Shown in pieces: positions 35,098 through 43,882 of a stretch of 62,434 bases of DNA. The notes below the pieces were generated by a model. It was not told where the DNA came from. It saw nothing but the letters and a program-made list of their open reading frames with translations, and ran no database searches. The stretch lies in IMG/VR virus record IMGVR_UViG_3300036859_000414, positions 1-62,434 of that record, one strand, 5' to 3'. Both the position numbers and the translations under genes were made by a program. Source of the stretch: a virus. Lineage: Duplodnaviria; Caudoviricetes. How positions within the stretch are numbered: position 1 is the stretch's first letter; each line of letters starts with the position of its first letter.

Positions 35098-35786
35098 GTC
35101 CTTTCGGAGCTAGAGGTGTTACGTTAACAGTAAAGGACCGTCGAGACTCCAATGGTATCTGCACCTACCTCGCCTCGACGGGAGACATCGAAGGAATGCA
35201 GCCCTCGATGAATAACGTGAGCCTCTTAGAGAGCCACTCAGGTTGATAAGACCTTTCGTGCCTTTCTAGCTCGTCTCCGACTTGGTTATCAGCCGCCTCT
35301 TCGACGCGTTGATTCTTTTTCTCGACCCAGGGCTCACAGCAAGGTCATGTGGGTCTTCTCGTGGTTTCGGAAGGGCTGTTCGACACAGTTCCCATCACTC
35401 GCCTTACCAACCTAGACCATCATCGCATCAGGGCCGCACCTGTGGATCCGAGTTACAGTCCAACTCTTCCTCACTCTGTAAACCCTGGAGTGACTTATGT
35501 CATCGGCTCTATACGCGAGACGACTTCGTTCCCTTCTGCTCTTACGAACCTGGCACCCACTGCCATCGTCGGGGATGTCCCCGATCTTTCGAGCTCTCGT
35601 ACGCTCAATAGACCTCTCCAAGCCCTCCCGCCGTGCCAGGACGGAATGTCCCAGGACAGCAGCCCGAAGAGGTCCACTCAACGTACGAGAGACGGAAAGC
35701 CGAATGGAGTGACTCATTCGAACCTTCCGTCTCCCAACCCCGTATTCGTCGCGTATCGTTCCGCGAGACTTGCCGAGGAGGCCTTT
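35098..35786 (-). ncRNA. Candidate large structured non-coding RNA (about 690 nt)
   Basis: No convincing ORF. Many nested helices, most extended by G-U pairs only on the minus strand. Confidence 0.6.
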
Positions 35787-36050
35787 CTAGGCCGTGACAG
35801 CCGCCGGAGCCGCTTCCGTGCTCTCGGCAGGAATGAGACCCTTCTGCTTCGCCAGCGCGAGAATCGCGGCATTGGTCTTGCGCCGCTTCGCTTCACGCTC
35901 ACGCATCTTCGCCTTCGCCTCGGGCGTCTGCCGCTGCTTCGCGCGATCGCGAGCCGCCGCGTTCCTCGCCTGAATCTCCAGTGCGGCCTTCGCGAGGTCC
36001 TCGTCGCTGAGCTGGCCGACTTCCGATGCAATCTCGTCGAGCATGTTCAT
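35787..36050 (-). CDS. Small Ala/Lys/Arg-rich helical protein
   Basis: GAGGAG RBS; first gene after the promoter at 36110-36138. Confidence 0.7.
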   Translation of the reverse strand: MNMLDEIASEVGQLSDEDLAKAALEIQARNAAARDRAKQRQTPEAKAKMREREAKRRKTNAAILALAKQKGLIPAESTEAAPAAVTA

Positions 36051-36109
36051 GTTGTGTAACTCCTCTTGAGGTTGTGCTCTCCCACGAACTTGTGGTCCAG
36101 ACGAAAGTG

Positions 36110-36138
36110 ATTGTCCTTCCTTTCAAAACGAAAGTCAA
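36110..36138 (-). promoter_or_regulatory. Sigma70-type promoter TTGACT-N17-GACAAT
   Basis: Read directly on the minus strand. Confidence 0.7.
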
Positions 36139-36929
36139 GCGTTTTCTTCAGAAATTTCGTTCTCAACCTCCTCGGGGAGGGCTACTCTGTTTGGCAAACC
36201 GAGGACTGCATCGCGTGCCTGTTTGAGCGCCTCTTCCATCTCGACACCGCCAACGGTATGAAGGAGTTCGGCCTGAGAGAGGATCTTCTTCATCACGTCG
36301 GGATCGGACAGAAGTTGTGCGAGCTTGTCGTCGATGTCCGTGATACGAGGAAAGAGGATCTGCTTCGCAAGCGCTTCTACTTCCTCGGGTGGGAGCGAGT
36401 CCTTTGCGCTTCTCAGAACCTGACGACTCTTCGCAGCGCTCTTTCTCGCAGCTTGCTTCCTCTTCTCTCTGTTCACGGGATCGTTGTAGTACCTCTTTCT
36501 ATACTCCACCGTTCCAGCAGGCACGCCATACTTGTTCCTCTTAGTCCTTCCGTCTCCTTCTTCTCTCGCTCCAGGTATCTGGACGAGCATAACGTTCTCG
36601 ATCTTGTTGTGAACTGGATTCCCATCCAGCCACTTCGGCTCAAGGATGAGAGGTAGCAGACCGTAACGAAGCGTCGCAAGCAGAAAGAGTTCAGGAGCAC
36701 ATCTCCCGTCTGACTCTCTCCTACACCACAAGGACCTTCGGTACGGAGATCGATACTTGTACTCCTCGAGCGCAGCGTACGCCGTGAAGCCTTGGGCTCG
36801 AAGAGCTTCATCGAACAGATCGACCTCTTGATGAACAGCGCTCGAGAACGTAGGCTTCCCTTCGTTCGTGAGGAGGTCGATGACTTGTAGTTCCTGCTCG
36901 CCAATCGGGTGGAGGGTGGTGTCAGTCAT
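36135..36929 (-). CDS. Hypothetical protein with a degenerate HNH-like motif
   Basis: KWLDGNPVHNKIENVML followed by a basic helix. Confidence 0.6.
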   Translation of the reverse strand: MTDTTLHPIGEQELQVIDLLTNEGKPTFSSAVHQEVDLFDEALRAQGFTAYAALEEYKYRSPYRRSLWCRRESDGRCAPELFLLATLRYGLLPLILEPKWLDGNPVHNKIENVMLVQIPGAREEGDGRTKRNKYGVPAGTVEYRKRYYNDPVNREKRKQAARKSAAKSRQVLRSAKDSLPPEEVEALAKQILFPRITDIDDKLAQLLSDPDVMKKILSQAELLHTVGGVEMEEALKQARDAVLGLPNRVALPEEVENEISEENA

Positions 36930-37129
36930 TTGAAAGCGATTTTACATGATTCCACTGCGGAAATCAACTCGATTAGTTCTCTATGATCAACCCGACGAGG
37001 ATTCTTGTTCGTCGAGAGGACACCTATCTTTCTGCGAAAGCACGGAGAGTTGCAGGACGCCTTACTACGAAGCAGTTCGAACAAAGTTCTCTCGTTCTCT
37101 GCCGTTAGATCATAGAGCACAAAGTCCTC

Positions 37130-37500
37130 CTGGGTCGATCAACTTCCGTCGAATAACCCGCGTAAAATGCGGCGATTTTTCACGTTTCGCAACTTTCGAA
37201 AGTATGCTCTACCGAGGACGCGAGGACGCCTAGTGCTTCTATCGAAGTTCTCGCGCCTTTAGGTCTAGATATAGATAAATATATTTATATATACCTATTC
37301 TTCGTTCGACGTGGGAATTATCTCTCACGGGCACACGGGACGTCCTCGATCCTTCGGGTGGTAAACATTAGAAGTTTGCCCAACCCGTAAAATCCGTACG
37401 GATTTCATCGATTTTGGCGTGAAAGTTCCCAACCCAGCGTCGAACATTCATCTCGTTCTCTAACAATTGAGCACAGAGAATCCTTCGGAAAGATGATCGA
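37130..37500. other. AT-rich divergence region (origin or packaging-site candidate)
   Basis: Strand switch point; palindrome ATAAATATATTTAT at 37275-37288. Confidence 0.45.
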
Positions 37501-37517
37501 GCTACCACTGCGGACGG

Positions 37518-37546
37518 TTGACCTTTTGGCCCAGACCCTGTATAAT
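37518..37546 (+). promoter_or_regulatory. Near-consensus sigma70 promoter TTGACC-N17-TATAAT
   Basis: Exact 17-nt spacing; ATG follows 7 nt after the -10 box. Confidence 0.85.
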
Positions 37547-37553
37547 GTGTATC

Positions 37554-37979
37554 ATGAGTCGAGGTGTAGTCCAGAGTTACGTTGACAGGCTCCTTCGAAG
37601 GAGCAAGAGAGTCGGCTTCGCTGTGTACTTCGTAGTGCAGAGCGAGCAGGTGATCTACGTAGGATGCACTTCGAGTCTCACTCAAAGGACTCGAGCCCAT
37701 CGGAAGCGATGGGGAGCTGCTGTAGACGTTCGAACACAGTGCGTCGTCGAGACTCAAGCTGAAGGAGAACGACTCGAGTGGGAACTGGTGCAGAAGCTAC
37801 GAGGTCGAGGAGTGTTCCTTTGGAATGACGTTATTCCACGAGGCGGTAGATCTCCAAATGCAGCTGGTGGGAGACGGCTTGTAGACGGTCATCTGCGTAG
37901 AGTACAAACGGCAGAGGATCGTGCTGCAGTTCGACGAGGCATAGAAGGCGGAGCCATGATGGCTCTGATAGACAAATGA
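37554..37979 (+). CDS. GIY-YIG nuclease-family protein
   Basis: AVYFV...IYVGCT...QRTRAH...E...N. Confidence 0.75.
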   Translation: MSRGVVQSYVDRLLRRSKRVGFAVYFVVQSEQVIYVGCTSSLTQRTRAHRKRWGAAVDVRTQCVVETQAEGERLEWELVQKLRGRGVFLWNDVIPRGGRSPNAAGGRRLVDGHLRRVQTAEDRAAVRRGIEGGAMMALIDK

Positions 37980-38284
37980 CTTCCTTTGACAAACTCTCCG
38001 ACGTGCATGTGGTTGCGAGAGAAAGAGCGAGAGAGGACTTCGCGTACTTTGCGAATCACGTGATGGGCGCTGGTCTTCCGGACGAGGCCTGTGTGGTCGT
38101 GCAGAAGTGTATCGAAAGAGGATCGGTCTCCTCGATCATCCAGTTCGACCTGCCAAAGCACAAGCTCAATGCCCTTCAGAACGCAGCGCATGGATGGGCA
38201 TCTCTGATCGAGAGAGACCTGCCGACGGACTACTCCTTCCAGCCGTCTTCGACGTACGTCTGGCTTTTCGGAGAAGCAGCATGA
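37976..38284 (+). CDS. Hypothetical protein
   Basis: ATGA overlaps on both sides. Confidence 0.6.
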   Translation: MTSFDKLSDVHVVARERAREDFAYFANHVMGAGLPDEACVVVQKCIERGSVSSIIQFDLPKHKLNALQNAAHGWASLIERDLPTDYSFQPSSTYVWLFGEAA

Positions 38285-38682
38285 GCGAGCCGTTCTATTC
38301 TCTGAAAGGTGGAGCGACGGCTCTCACGCGCGGAGAGGGTCAGGCCTTCGCGCGTAGCATCCTGAACTCTCAGGCCTATCGCGACGACTTGAAGCTTCGC
38401 GCGTCGCAGGGAAAGCTCGCTCCTGCTGTGGAAGTGATGCTGTGGCACTATGGTTACGGGAAGCCCGTTGAGCAGGTGAACATCAACGTCACTCCGGGCA
38501 CCGAAGACCTTGCATCTCTTCCCATCGACGAACTACACCGCAGAGCTCTCGAGCTCGAACGGTATCTCGCAGAGGCAGTGCAACTGGCTGAAGCGATTCC
38601 GGCAGAGATCCTGTACGGGACTGCACCAGGAGCTGCTTCTGCGAACTACGACTCGAAAGACACTACAAACGTCACTCACTAG
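38281..38682 (+). CDS. terS: Terminase small subunit (putative)
   Basis: LWHYGYGKPVEQV; directly upstream of TerL. Confidence 0.65.
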   Translation: MSEPFYSLKGGATALTRGEGQAFARSILNSQAYRDDLKLRASQGKLAPAVEVMLWHYGYGKPVEQVNINVTPGTEDLASLPIDELHRRALELERYLAEAVQLAEAIPAEILYGTAPGAASANYDSKDTTNVTH

Positions 38683-38685
38683 TCG

Positions 38686-40362
38686 TTGCTGACTCAAACG
38701 TCTCCCTCCCTCTTCGAGTCACTCGACCCGGCCCGCAAGAAACTCGCTTACGAGCGAGCAGCGGAACGGGTCCGAGAGATCCTTTCTTCCGCACCTCCTC
38801 TGCTCGCCGCTTACCAGCTCGAGATGCGGAGGAGAAGGTGGTTCGATGATCCAGGTCTCTGGGCCAAAGAGCGGTTAGGAGACGTGCTCTGGTCTGGTCA
38901 GCTGAAGATCATCCAGTCCGTTCACGATCATCGAAAGACTGCAGCGCCCACCTGCCATGAGATCGGAAAGAGTTACGGCGCTTCTATCGTAGCCGGTTGG
39001 TGGCTAGACGTCCACAATCCCGGTGACGCATTCGTCGTCACTACAGCACCCACAAACCCACAGGTCCGAGTCATTCTCTGGAAGGAGATCGGACGAGTCC
39101 ACTCTCGCGGCAACCTCAAAGGCCGTGTCAACCAGACAGAGTGGAAGATGGACGTACGAGATCCGAAGACAGGTCTCGTGAAGGAAGAGACTGTTGCGAT
39201 GGGCAGGAAGCCCAACGACTACTCTCCTACGTCCTTTCAGGGCATTCATGCGCCCTTTGTTCTTGTCATCGTGGATGAAGCGAATGGCGTACGAGGTTTG
39301 TGGGAAGCTCTGGACAGTGTGATCGCGAACGACAACTCGAAGCTCCTCGCCATCGGCAACCCCGACGATCCTTCCGGCGAGTTCTACGAAGCCTGTAAAC
39401 CGAACAGCGGCTACAACGTCGTGTCCATCTCTGCCTTCGACTCTCCGAACTTTACAGGAGAGCCGATGCCGAAGGCGGTACTCGACCAGCTCGTAGGAAA
39501 GAAGTATGTCGAAGAGAAGAGGGCGAAGTGGGCTCCCTCTTGGACTTGGACCCCAGACGGACGGAGGTGTGTGCCTCCTGCCGATGGTAAGCTCGAGGAT
39601 ACCCATCCCTTCTGGCAGAGCAAGGTCCTGGGCCAATTCCCTGTACAGTCCTCAGTCGGGTCTCTCATCCCCTTGTCGTGGATTCGCCTCGCTCAGGAGA
39701 GGGATCTTGTCCCTTCCGGGCCGAATGTGCTCAGCCTCGACGTGGGAGCTTCTGAAGGCGGAGATCCTTCCTGCTGTGGGCTCAATCAGAACGGACACTT
39801 CCGTATCCTCTATGAGGAAAGGGAGCCCGATACGATGAAGACCACGGGGCGCTTCATCCGTACGTTCGCAGATCCTCGCTACTCTGCTGCGCTTGCGAAA
39901 GTCGACTACATCGGTGTGGGAAGAGGCGTAGTGGATCGGGCCAGAGAACAGAACCTCCCAGTCTTTCCCGTGCAGGTCGGAGAGGGCTCTACGATCGTGC
40001 GCTGCTTGGTCTGCAAGCACGAGTGGGACCACGCTGAGTACTACTCGATGAAGCGGCAGCAGAACAAAGAGCGGTGTCCGCAGTGCGCGAGTGACCTGTT
40101 GATGAAGGTCTTTGCGGATCTTCTCTCACAGATCTGGTGGAAGGTGAGAGAGGAGTTCGAGGCTGGGCGTATCGATCTCGATCCTACAGACGAAGACCTT
40201 GCGGAGCAACTGCTCACCGTGTCTTGGGCGCCAAACTCCAAAGGACAGATCAAGGTCTCGTACGGGACAGGTCCTTCTCCCAACAGGGCGGATGCGCTTA
40301 TGATCTCCTACGCGCCGCAGAATACCTTGGCGCAGATGGACGATGGGATGGTCTCGTGGTAA
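38686..40362 (+). CDS. terL: Terminase large subunit
   Basis: CHEIGKS, TAPT, VIVDEA, IGNP, LDVG, VDYIGVG, SPNRADA. Confidence 0.93.
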   Translation: MLTQTSPSLFESLDPARKKLAYERAAERVREILSSAPPLLAAYQLEMRRRRWFDDPGLWAKERLGDVLWSGQLKIIQSVHDHRKTAAPTCHEIGKSYGASIVAGWWLDVHNPGDAFVVTTAPTNPQVRVILWKEIGRVHSRGNLKGRVNQTEWKMDVRDPKTGLVKEETVAMGRKPNDYSPTSFQGIHAPFVLVIVDEANGVRGLWEALDSVIANDNSKLLAIGNPDDPSGEFYEACKPNSGYNVVSISAFDSPNFTGEPMPKAVLDQLVGKKYVEEKRAKWAPSWTWTPDGRRCVPPADGKLEDTHPFWQSKVLGQFPVQSSVGSLIPLSWIRLAQERDLVPSGPNVLSLDVGASEGGDPSCCGLNQNGHFRILYEEREPDTMKTTGRFIRTFADPRYSAALAKVDYIGVGRGVVDRAREQNLPVFPVQVGEGSTIVRCLVCKHEWDHAEYYSMKRQQNKERCPQCASDLLMKVFADLLSQIWWKVREEFEAGRIDLDPTDEDLAEQLLTVSWAPNSKGQIKVSYGTGPSPNRADALMISYAPQNTLAQMDDGMVSW

Positions 40363-40673
40363 CACCTGTGGTAGGTCGAGCTCGTGCACATCAAGAGATG
40401 TGGGAAGACTCTGTGCAAGCCGGAGACTTCTGCATCAACGAGAACGGCACGTACATCCTGTGCGTCTGTCCTTGTGGGTGTGCAGGCATGATGAACCTGA
40501 AGATCTATCCCGAAGGGACTGAAACGGTCTCGCATCCTGCTTGGTCCTGGGACGGGAACAGAGAGCATCCGACTCTCAAGCCGAGCATCCGCGACCTGAG
40601 CAGTTGTCGCTTTCACGGCTTCCTTACACAGGGCACCTGGACGTTCGAAGGCGATAGTGGAGTGAAGAGCTGA
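40356..40673 (+). CDS. DUF6527-like Cys/His protein
   Basis: CPCGC, WSWDGNREHPTLKPSI, CRFHGFLTQG. Confidence 0.7.
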   Translation: MVTPVVGRARAHQEMWEDSVQAGDFCINENGTYILCVCPCGCAGMMNLKIYPEGTETVSHPAWSWDGNREHPTLKPSIRDLSSCRFHGFLTQGTWTFEGDSGVKS

Positions 40674-42469
40674 TGGACCCATATCTCCAGAGCGTCATCG
40701 ACGCAGGTAGGATTCGAGCTGCTTCGCAAGCGGCACCGAGTCCTTCTGCGCCTTCGCCTACTCCGAACCGAGACATCCTCGAAGCCCTTCAGTCCGACAA
40801 CCATGAGATCCGTGCAGCGGCGAGTGTCGTACTCGACCGTATCATGTTTCTCAGGCAGGCTGGCATCACGTTCAATGGTGCGAGAGACCTCTACGCCGTA
40901 CTAGGGTACGATCGGCTCATCACGACTCGGCAGTACAGAGATCGCTATGCTCGAGGTGGCATCGCAGGTCGGATCATCGACACGCCAGTGAATGCGACGT
41001 GGCGTGGTGTGATGGAGGTTGTCGAGGACAAGAACGATAAGAACGATACCGAGTTCGAGAAGGCGTGGAAGACTGCGAATCAACGTCTTCAGATCCAGGC
41101 CAAGCTTCAAAGAGCTGATCGTCTTGCAGGCCTCTCGACGTACAGCGTGATCCTCCTCGGCGTGAGGGGACAAGGCGTTCAGGGAGAGGACATCCTCTCT
41201 CAAGAGCTGCCGAAAGGCCGTCCTGAAGACCTGATGTACCTCGCGCCCTTCCTCGGTGGTGGAGGTCCTGGAGGGGATACACGTTCTCGCGCAGCAGCGG
41301 TTGATGCGGACTGCACGATCATGGAGTACGAGACCGATGTCTCTTCTCCTCGGTTCGGACTGCCGAAGCTCTACCAGCTCAGACGGACGGACATCTCGAG
41401 TCCAGCCTTTCAACGCCCAGTCCACTGGTCGCGAATCATCCACGTCGCTGAAGGCATCTTGGACAACGAGGTCTACGGCCTTCCTGCTCTCGAGCGCGTG
41501 TGGAACCTCCTCGATGATCTTGACAAGGTGACAGGTGGAGGTGCCGAGGCCTTCTGGCTTCGTGCGAACCAGGGCCTCCACATGAACATTGACAAGGACA
41601 TGGCACTGCCTGTTGCAGCAGGACAGACGGCGGCACAAGCTGCTGCGGCGCAGGTCGAATCCTTGAAACAACAGAGTGAGGAATACAAGCATCAACTCAC
41701 TCGGTGGCTGCGTACGCGTGGCGTCGAAGTCAACACACTCGGAAGTGATACAGCGGACTTCGCCAATCCAGCCGATGCCATTCTCACCCAGATCGCTGGT
41801 AGCAAGGCCATTCCGAAGCGCATTCTCACTGGGAGTGAGATGGGCGAGCTTGCGTCCTCTCAGGACCGAGACAACTGGAAGGATCAGGTTAACGGGAGAC
41901 AGACGCAGTACGCTGGGCCTTACATCGTACGCCAGTTGGTCGATCGGCTCATCGACTACGGGTATCTTCCACCTCCCTCCAAAGGACAGCACGAGTATAC
42001 CGTCAAGTGGCCGAACGTGCAGACGCTCACAGAGGAAGAGAAAGCACAAGGTGCGAAGCAGTGGGCGTCTACGAACGCGACACAGGGCATGACGGTCTTC
42101 ACCGAAGAAGAGATCCGCGACAAGTGGTATGGGATGGAGCCGCTGAAGCCTGAACTCAAAGTGCCCGTCAAAGGCAGGATGAGCACGCCGCAGCCGGAGG
42201 ATGGTGGAGAAGAGCCTCCGCAGCCTCGTACACTCGAAGAGGGCACTCTTCTGCGTCAGCTCGAAAGTGCTCTCGAAGAGAACGACTTCGAAGCAGTCGG
42301 ACGCCTCATAGGAGGAAGGGCATCTTCCACTCAGAACATCGAGGTCCATGTTCCTGCTCCGGTCGTGAACGTCAAGGTCGATCAGGGGTCCAGAAGGACC
42401 ACAGTCACAAAGCGCGACAGAGATAGCGGCGCGATCATCGAGACGGTGTCGGAGGGCGTAGGTGCTTAA
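40673..42469 (+). CDS. Portal protein (DUF1073-like)
   Basis: YARGGIAGRIIDTP, SPRFGLPKLY, VHWSRIIH, IPKRILTGSEMGELAS; follows TerL. Confidence 0.9.
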   Translation: MDPYLQSVIDAGRIRAASQAAPSPSAPSPTPNRDILEALQSDNHEIRAAASVVLDRIMFLRQAGITFNGARDLYAVLGYDRLITTRQYRDRYARGGIAGRIIDTPVNATWRGVMEVVEDKNDKNDTEFEKAWKTANQRLQIQAKLQRADRLAGLSTYSVILLGVRGQGVQGEDILSQELPKGRPEDLMYLAPFLGGGGPGGDTRSRAAAVDADCTIMEYETDVSSPRFGLPKLYQLRRTDISSPAFQRPVHWSRIIHVAEGILDNEVYGLPALERVWNLLDDLDKVTGGGAEAFWLRANQGLHMNIDKDMALPVAAGQTAAQAAAAQVESLKQQSEEYKHQLTRWLRTRGVEVNTLGSDTADFANPADAILTQIAGSKAIPKRILTGSEMGELASSQDRDNWKDQVNGRQTQYAGPYIVRQLVDRLIDYGYLPPPSKGQHEYTVKWPNVQTLTEEEKAQGAKQWASTNATQGMTVFTEEEIRDKWYGMEPLKPELKVPVKGRMSTPQPEDGGEEPPQPRTLEEGTLLRQLESALEENDFEAVGRLIGGRASSTQNIEVHVPAPVVNVKVDQGSRRTTVTKRDRDSGAIIETVSEGVGA

Positions 42470-42863
42470 CACAAAGCTCTCTGTTGCATGCGCGAACGCG
42501 AGTGTCGACGCTCAGACTGCCCTTCTGAACGGCGGAGAAATGCGGCTTTACACAGCACCTCAACCTGCGGATGCGGACACTGCGATCACGACTCAGACCC
42601 TCCTCGCCACCTTCACCTTCGGCACTCCTGCTTTCGCAGCAGCGATGAGCCGAGTCGCACTGGCGAATACGATGGGCTCGGATCTTGACGCACCTGCAAC
42701 AGGAGACGCTGCTTGGTTTCGTCTTAGGACCTCTGGTGGCGCTTCTGTGATGGACGGCTCGGTTGGGACTGTCGACGCGAACTTCATCATGAACGATCCT
42801 CACGTCGTTCAGCACGCTCGTGTAGACGCAGACGCATTCGCAATAACGGCACCTCTTGGCTGA
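42462..42863 (+). CDS. Virion structural protein
   Basis: MRLYTAPQPADADT...ATGDAAWFRL...DGSVG, a motif set typical of phage virion proteins. Confidence 0.65.
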   Translation: MLNTKLSVACANASVDAQTALLNGGEMRLYTAPQPADADTAITTQTLLATFTFGTPAFAAAMSRVALANTMGSDLDAPATGDAAWFRLRTSGGASVMDGSVGTVDANFIMNDPHVVQHARVDADAFAITAPLG

Positions 42864-43551
42864 TTCGAAGATCTCTGCGCTTGTCGACGAGCCAGCACCG
42901 GCTCAGGACGCTCTGGTCGTGATTGTCAACGACCCAGCGGGGAGTCCTGTCAACCGGAAGAGCACCTTAAGGCATCTGTACGACTCCTTCGTCTCGTGGT
43001 TGGACAGCGTAGGCCTCGCAGCCATCCGCATCATCGGAGGAAGCACTCCTTCGACTCCTGCGGCGGGAGAGCTCAAGCTCTTCGTCGATGCAAGTGGGAA
43101 CCTCTCGGTCGTAGATGCGAACGGGGATGTCACGAAGATCGTACCTCTAGGCCTTACAGCTGGACGTGTGCCCTTCAGGGGAGCGGCTAGGATCTTAGAC
43201 GATGACGCAGAGCTGAACTGGGATGATACGCAGAAGGCTCTGATCGTTGGTACGGGGACTCCCGTCTCGAAGTTCCAAGTCAACGGCAATGCAAGGTTCG
43301 GTTTTGGTCTGCCGGTCTCGTACCAGACGACGATCAGCATCATAGGCGGGATCAGCGCTGGAGATACGACAATCGCAGTCGTGTCTACAACTGGCTTCCC
43401 GACGATGGGAGTCGTCAAGTGCCAGGGTGAGCTGATCACGTATACGGGAAAGACGGGCACTTCTTTTACAGGCTGTGTTCGAGGCCGGTTCAATACCACG
43501 GCTGCGACGTTGCTCCTCAGCTGGTTGCGCCGCCTAGCTTCAGTGGAGTAG
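42856..43551 (+). CDS. Fibre/appendage-like virion protein, apparently truncated near 43505
   Basis: MADSKISAL start; STTGFPT...ELITYTGKT...VRGRFNTTAAT, then out-of-character residues. Confidence 0.6.
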   Translation: MADSKISALVDEPAPAQDALVVIVNDPAGSPVNRKSTLRHLYDSFVSWLDSVGLAAIRIIGGSTPSTPAAGELKLFVDASGNLSVVDANGDVTKIVPLGLTAGRVPFRGAARILDDDAELNWDDTQKALIVGTGTPVSKFQVNGNARFGFGLPVSYQTTISIIGGISAGDTTIAVVSTTGFPTMGVVKCQGELITYTGKTGTSFTGCVRGRFNTTAATLLLSWLRRLASVE

Positions 43552-43739
43552 GACGGGTTGCTACGCAGATCGTTGCAACGGGAGTCGGCAGGACGATCTC
43601 GCCACGAAGCGGTGTTGGGTGGATGAGCACGAGAGGAACGACTACGAGGGGAGAAGGACGTGTGGTTCTTTCGCGTCCTCGTCGCACCACTTCCATTCGA
43701 TTCGACGAACTTCTTGAAGACGCGGAGCTGTTTTCATGA
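43506..43739 (+). pseudogene. Orphan 3' fragment of another gene (no start codon at its 5' end)
   Basis: Open frame DVAPQLVAPPSFSGVGRV...FDELLEDAELFS*, coupled by ATGA to the next ORF. Confidence 0.45.
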
Positions 43740-43882
43740 CACGCAGTGAGCTGTGGGCGGCGTGGATCTCAGACAAGAAGGTCACCTTCACGCCTGAGGA
43801 GCGAGAGCAGTTGCAGCAGATGTTGGTGGAGCGAGAGCTTAGAGTGCTCAAGCTCATGAAGGACCGAAGAGACGCAGCGTGA
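43736..43882 (+). CDS. Small hypothetical protein (48 aa)
   Basis: MTRSELWAAWISDKK...; coupled overlaps on both sides. Confidence 0.55.
   Translation: MTRSELWAAWISDKKVTFTPEEREQLQQMLVERELRVLKLMKDRRDAA

Noticed and set aside
35349-36059. 236-aa plus-strand ORF and shorter ORFs over the ncRNA candidate
   Set aside because: The long ORF runs against local transcription and overlaps a real gene; all have low-information composition and no recognisable motif.
40673-42469. Portal as an anti-CBASS protein
   Set aside because: No paired HxT/S 2H motifs are seen in the portal; the 2H domain is in the MuF gene.
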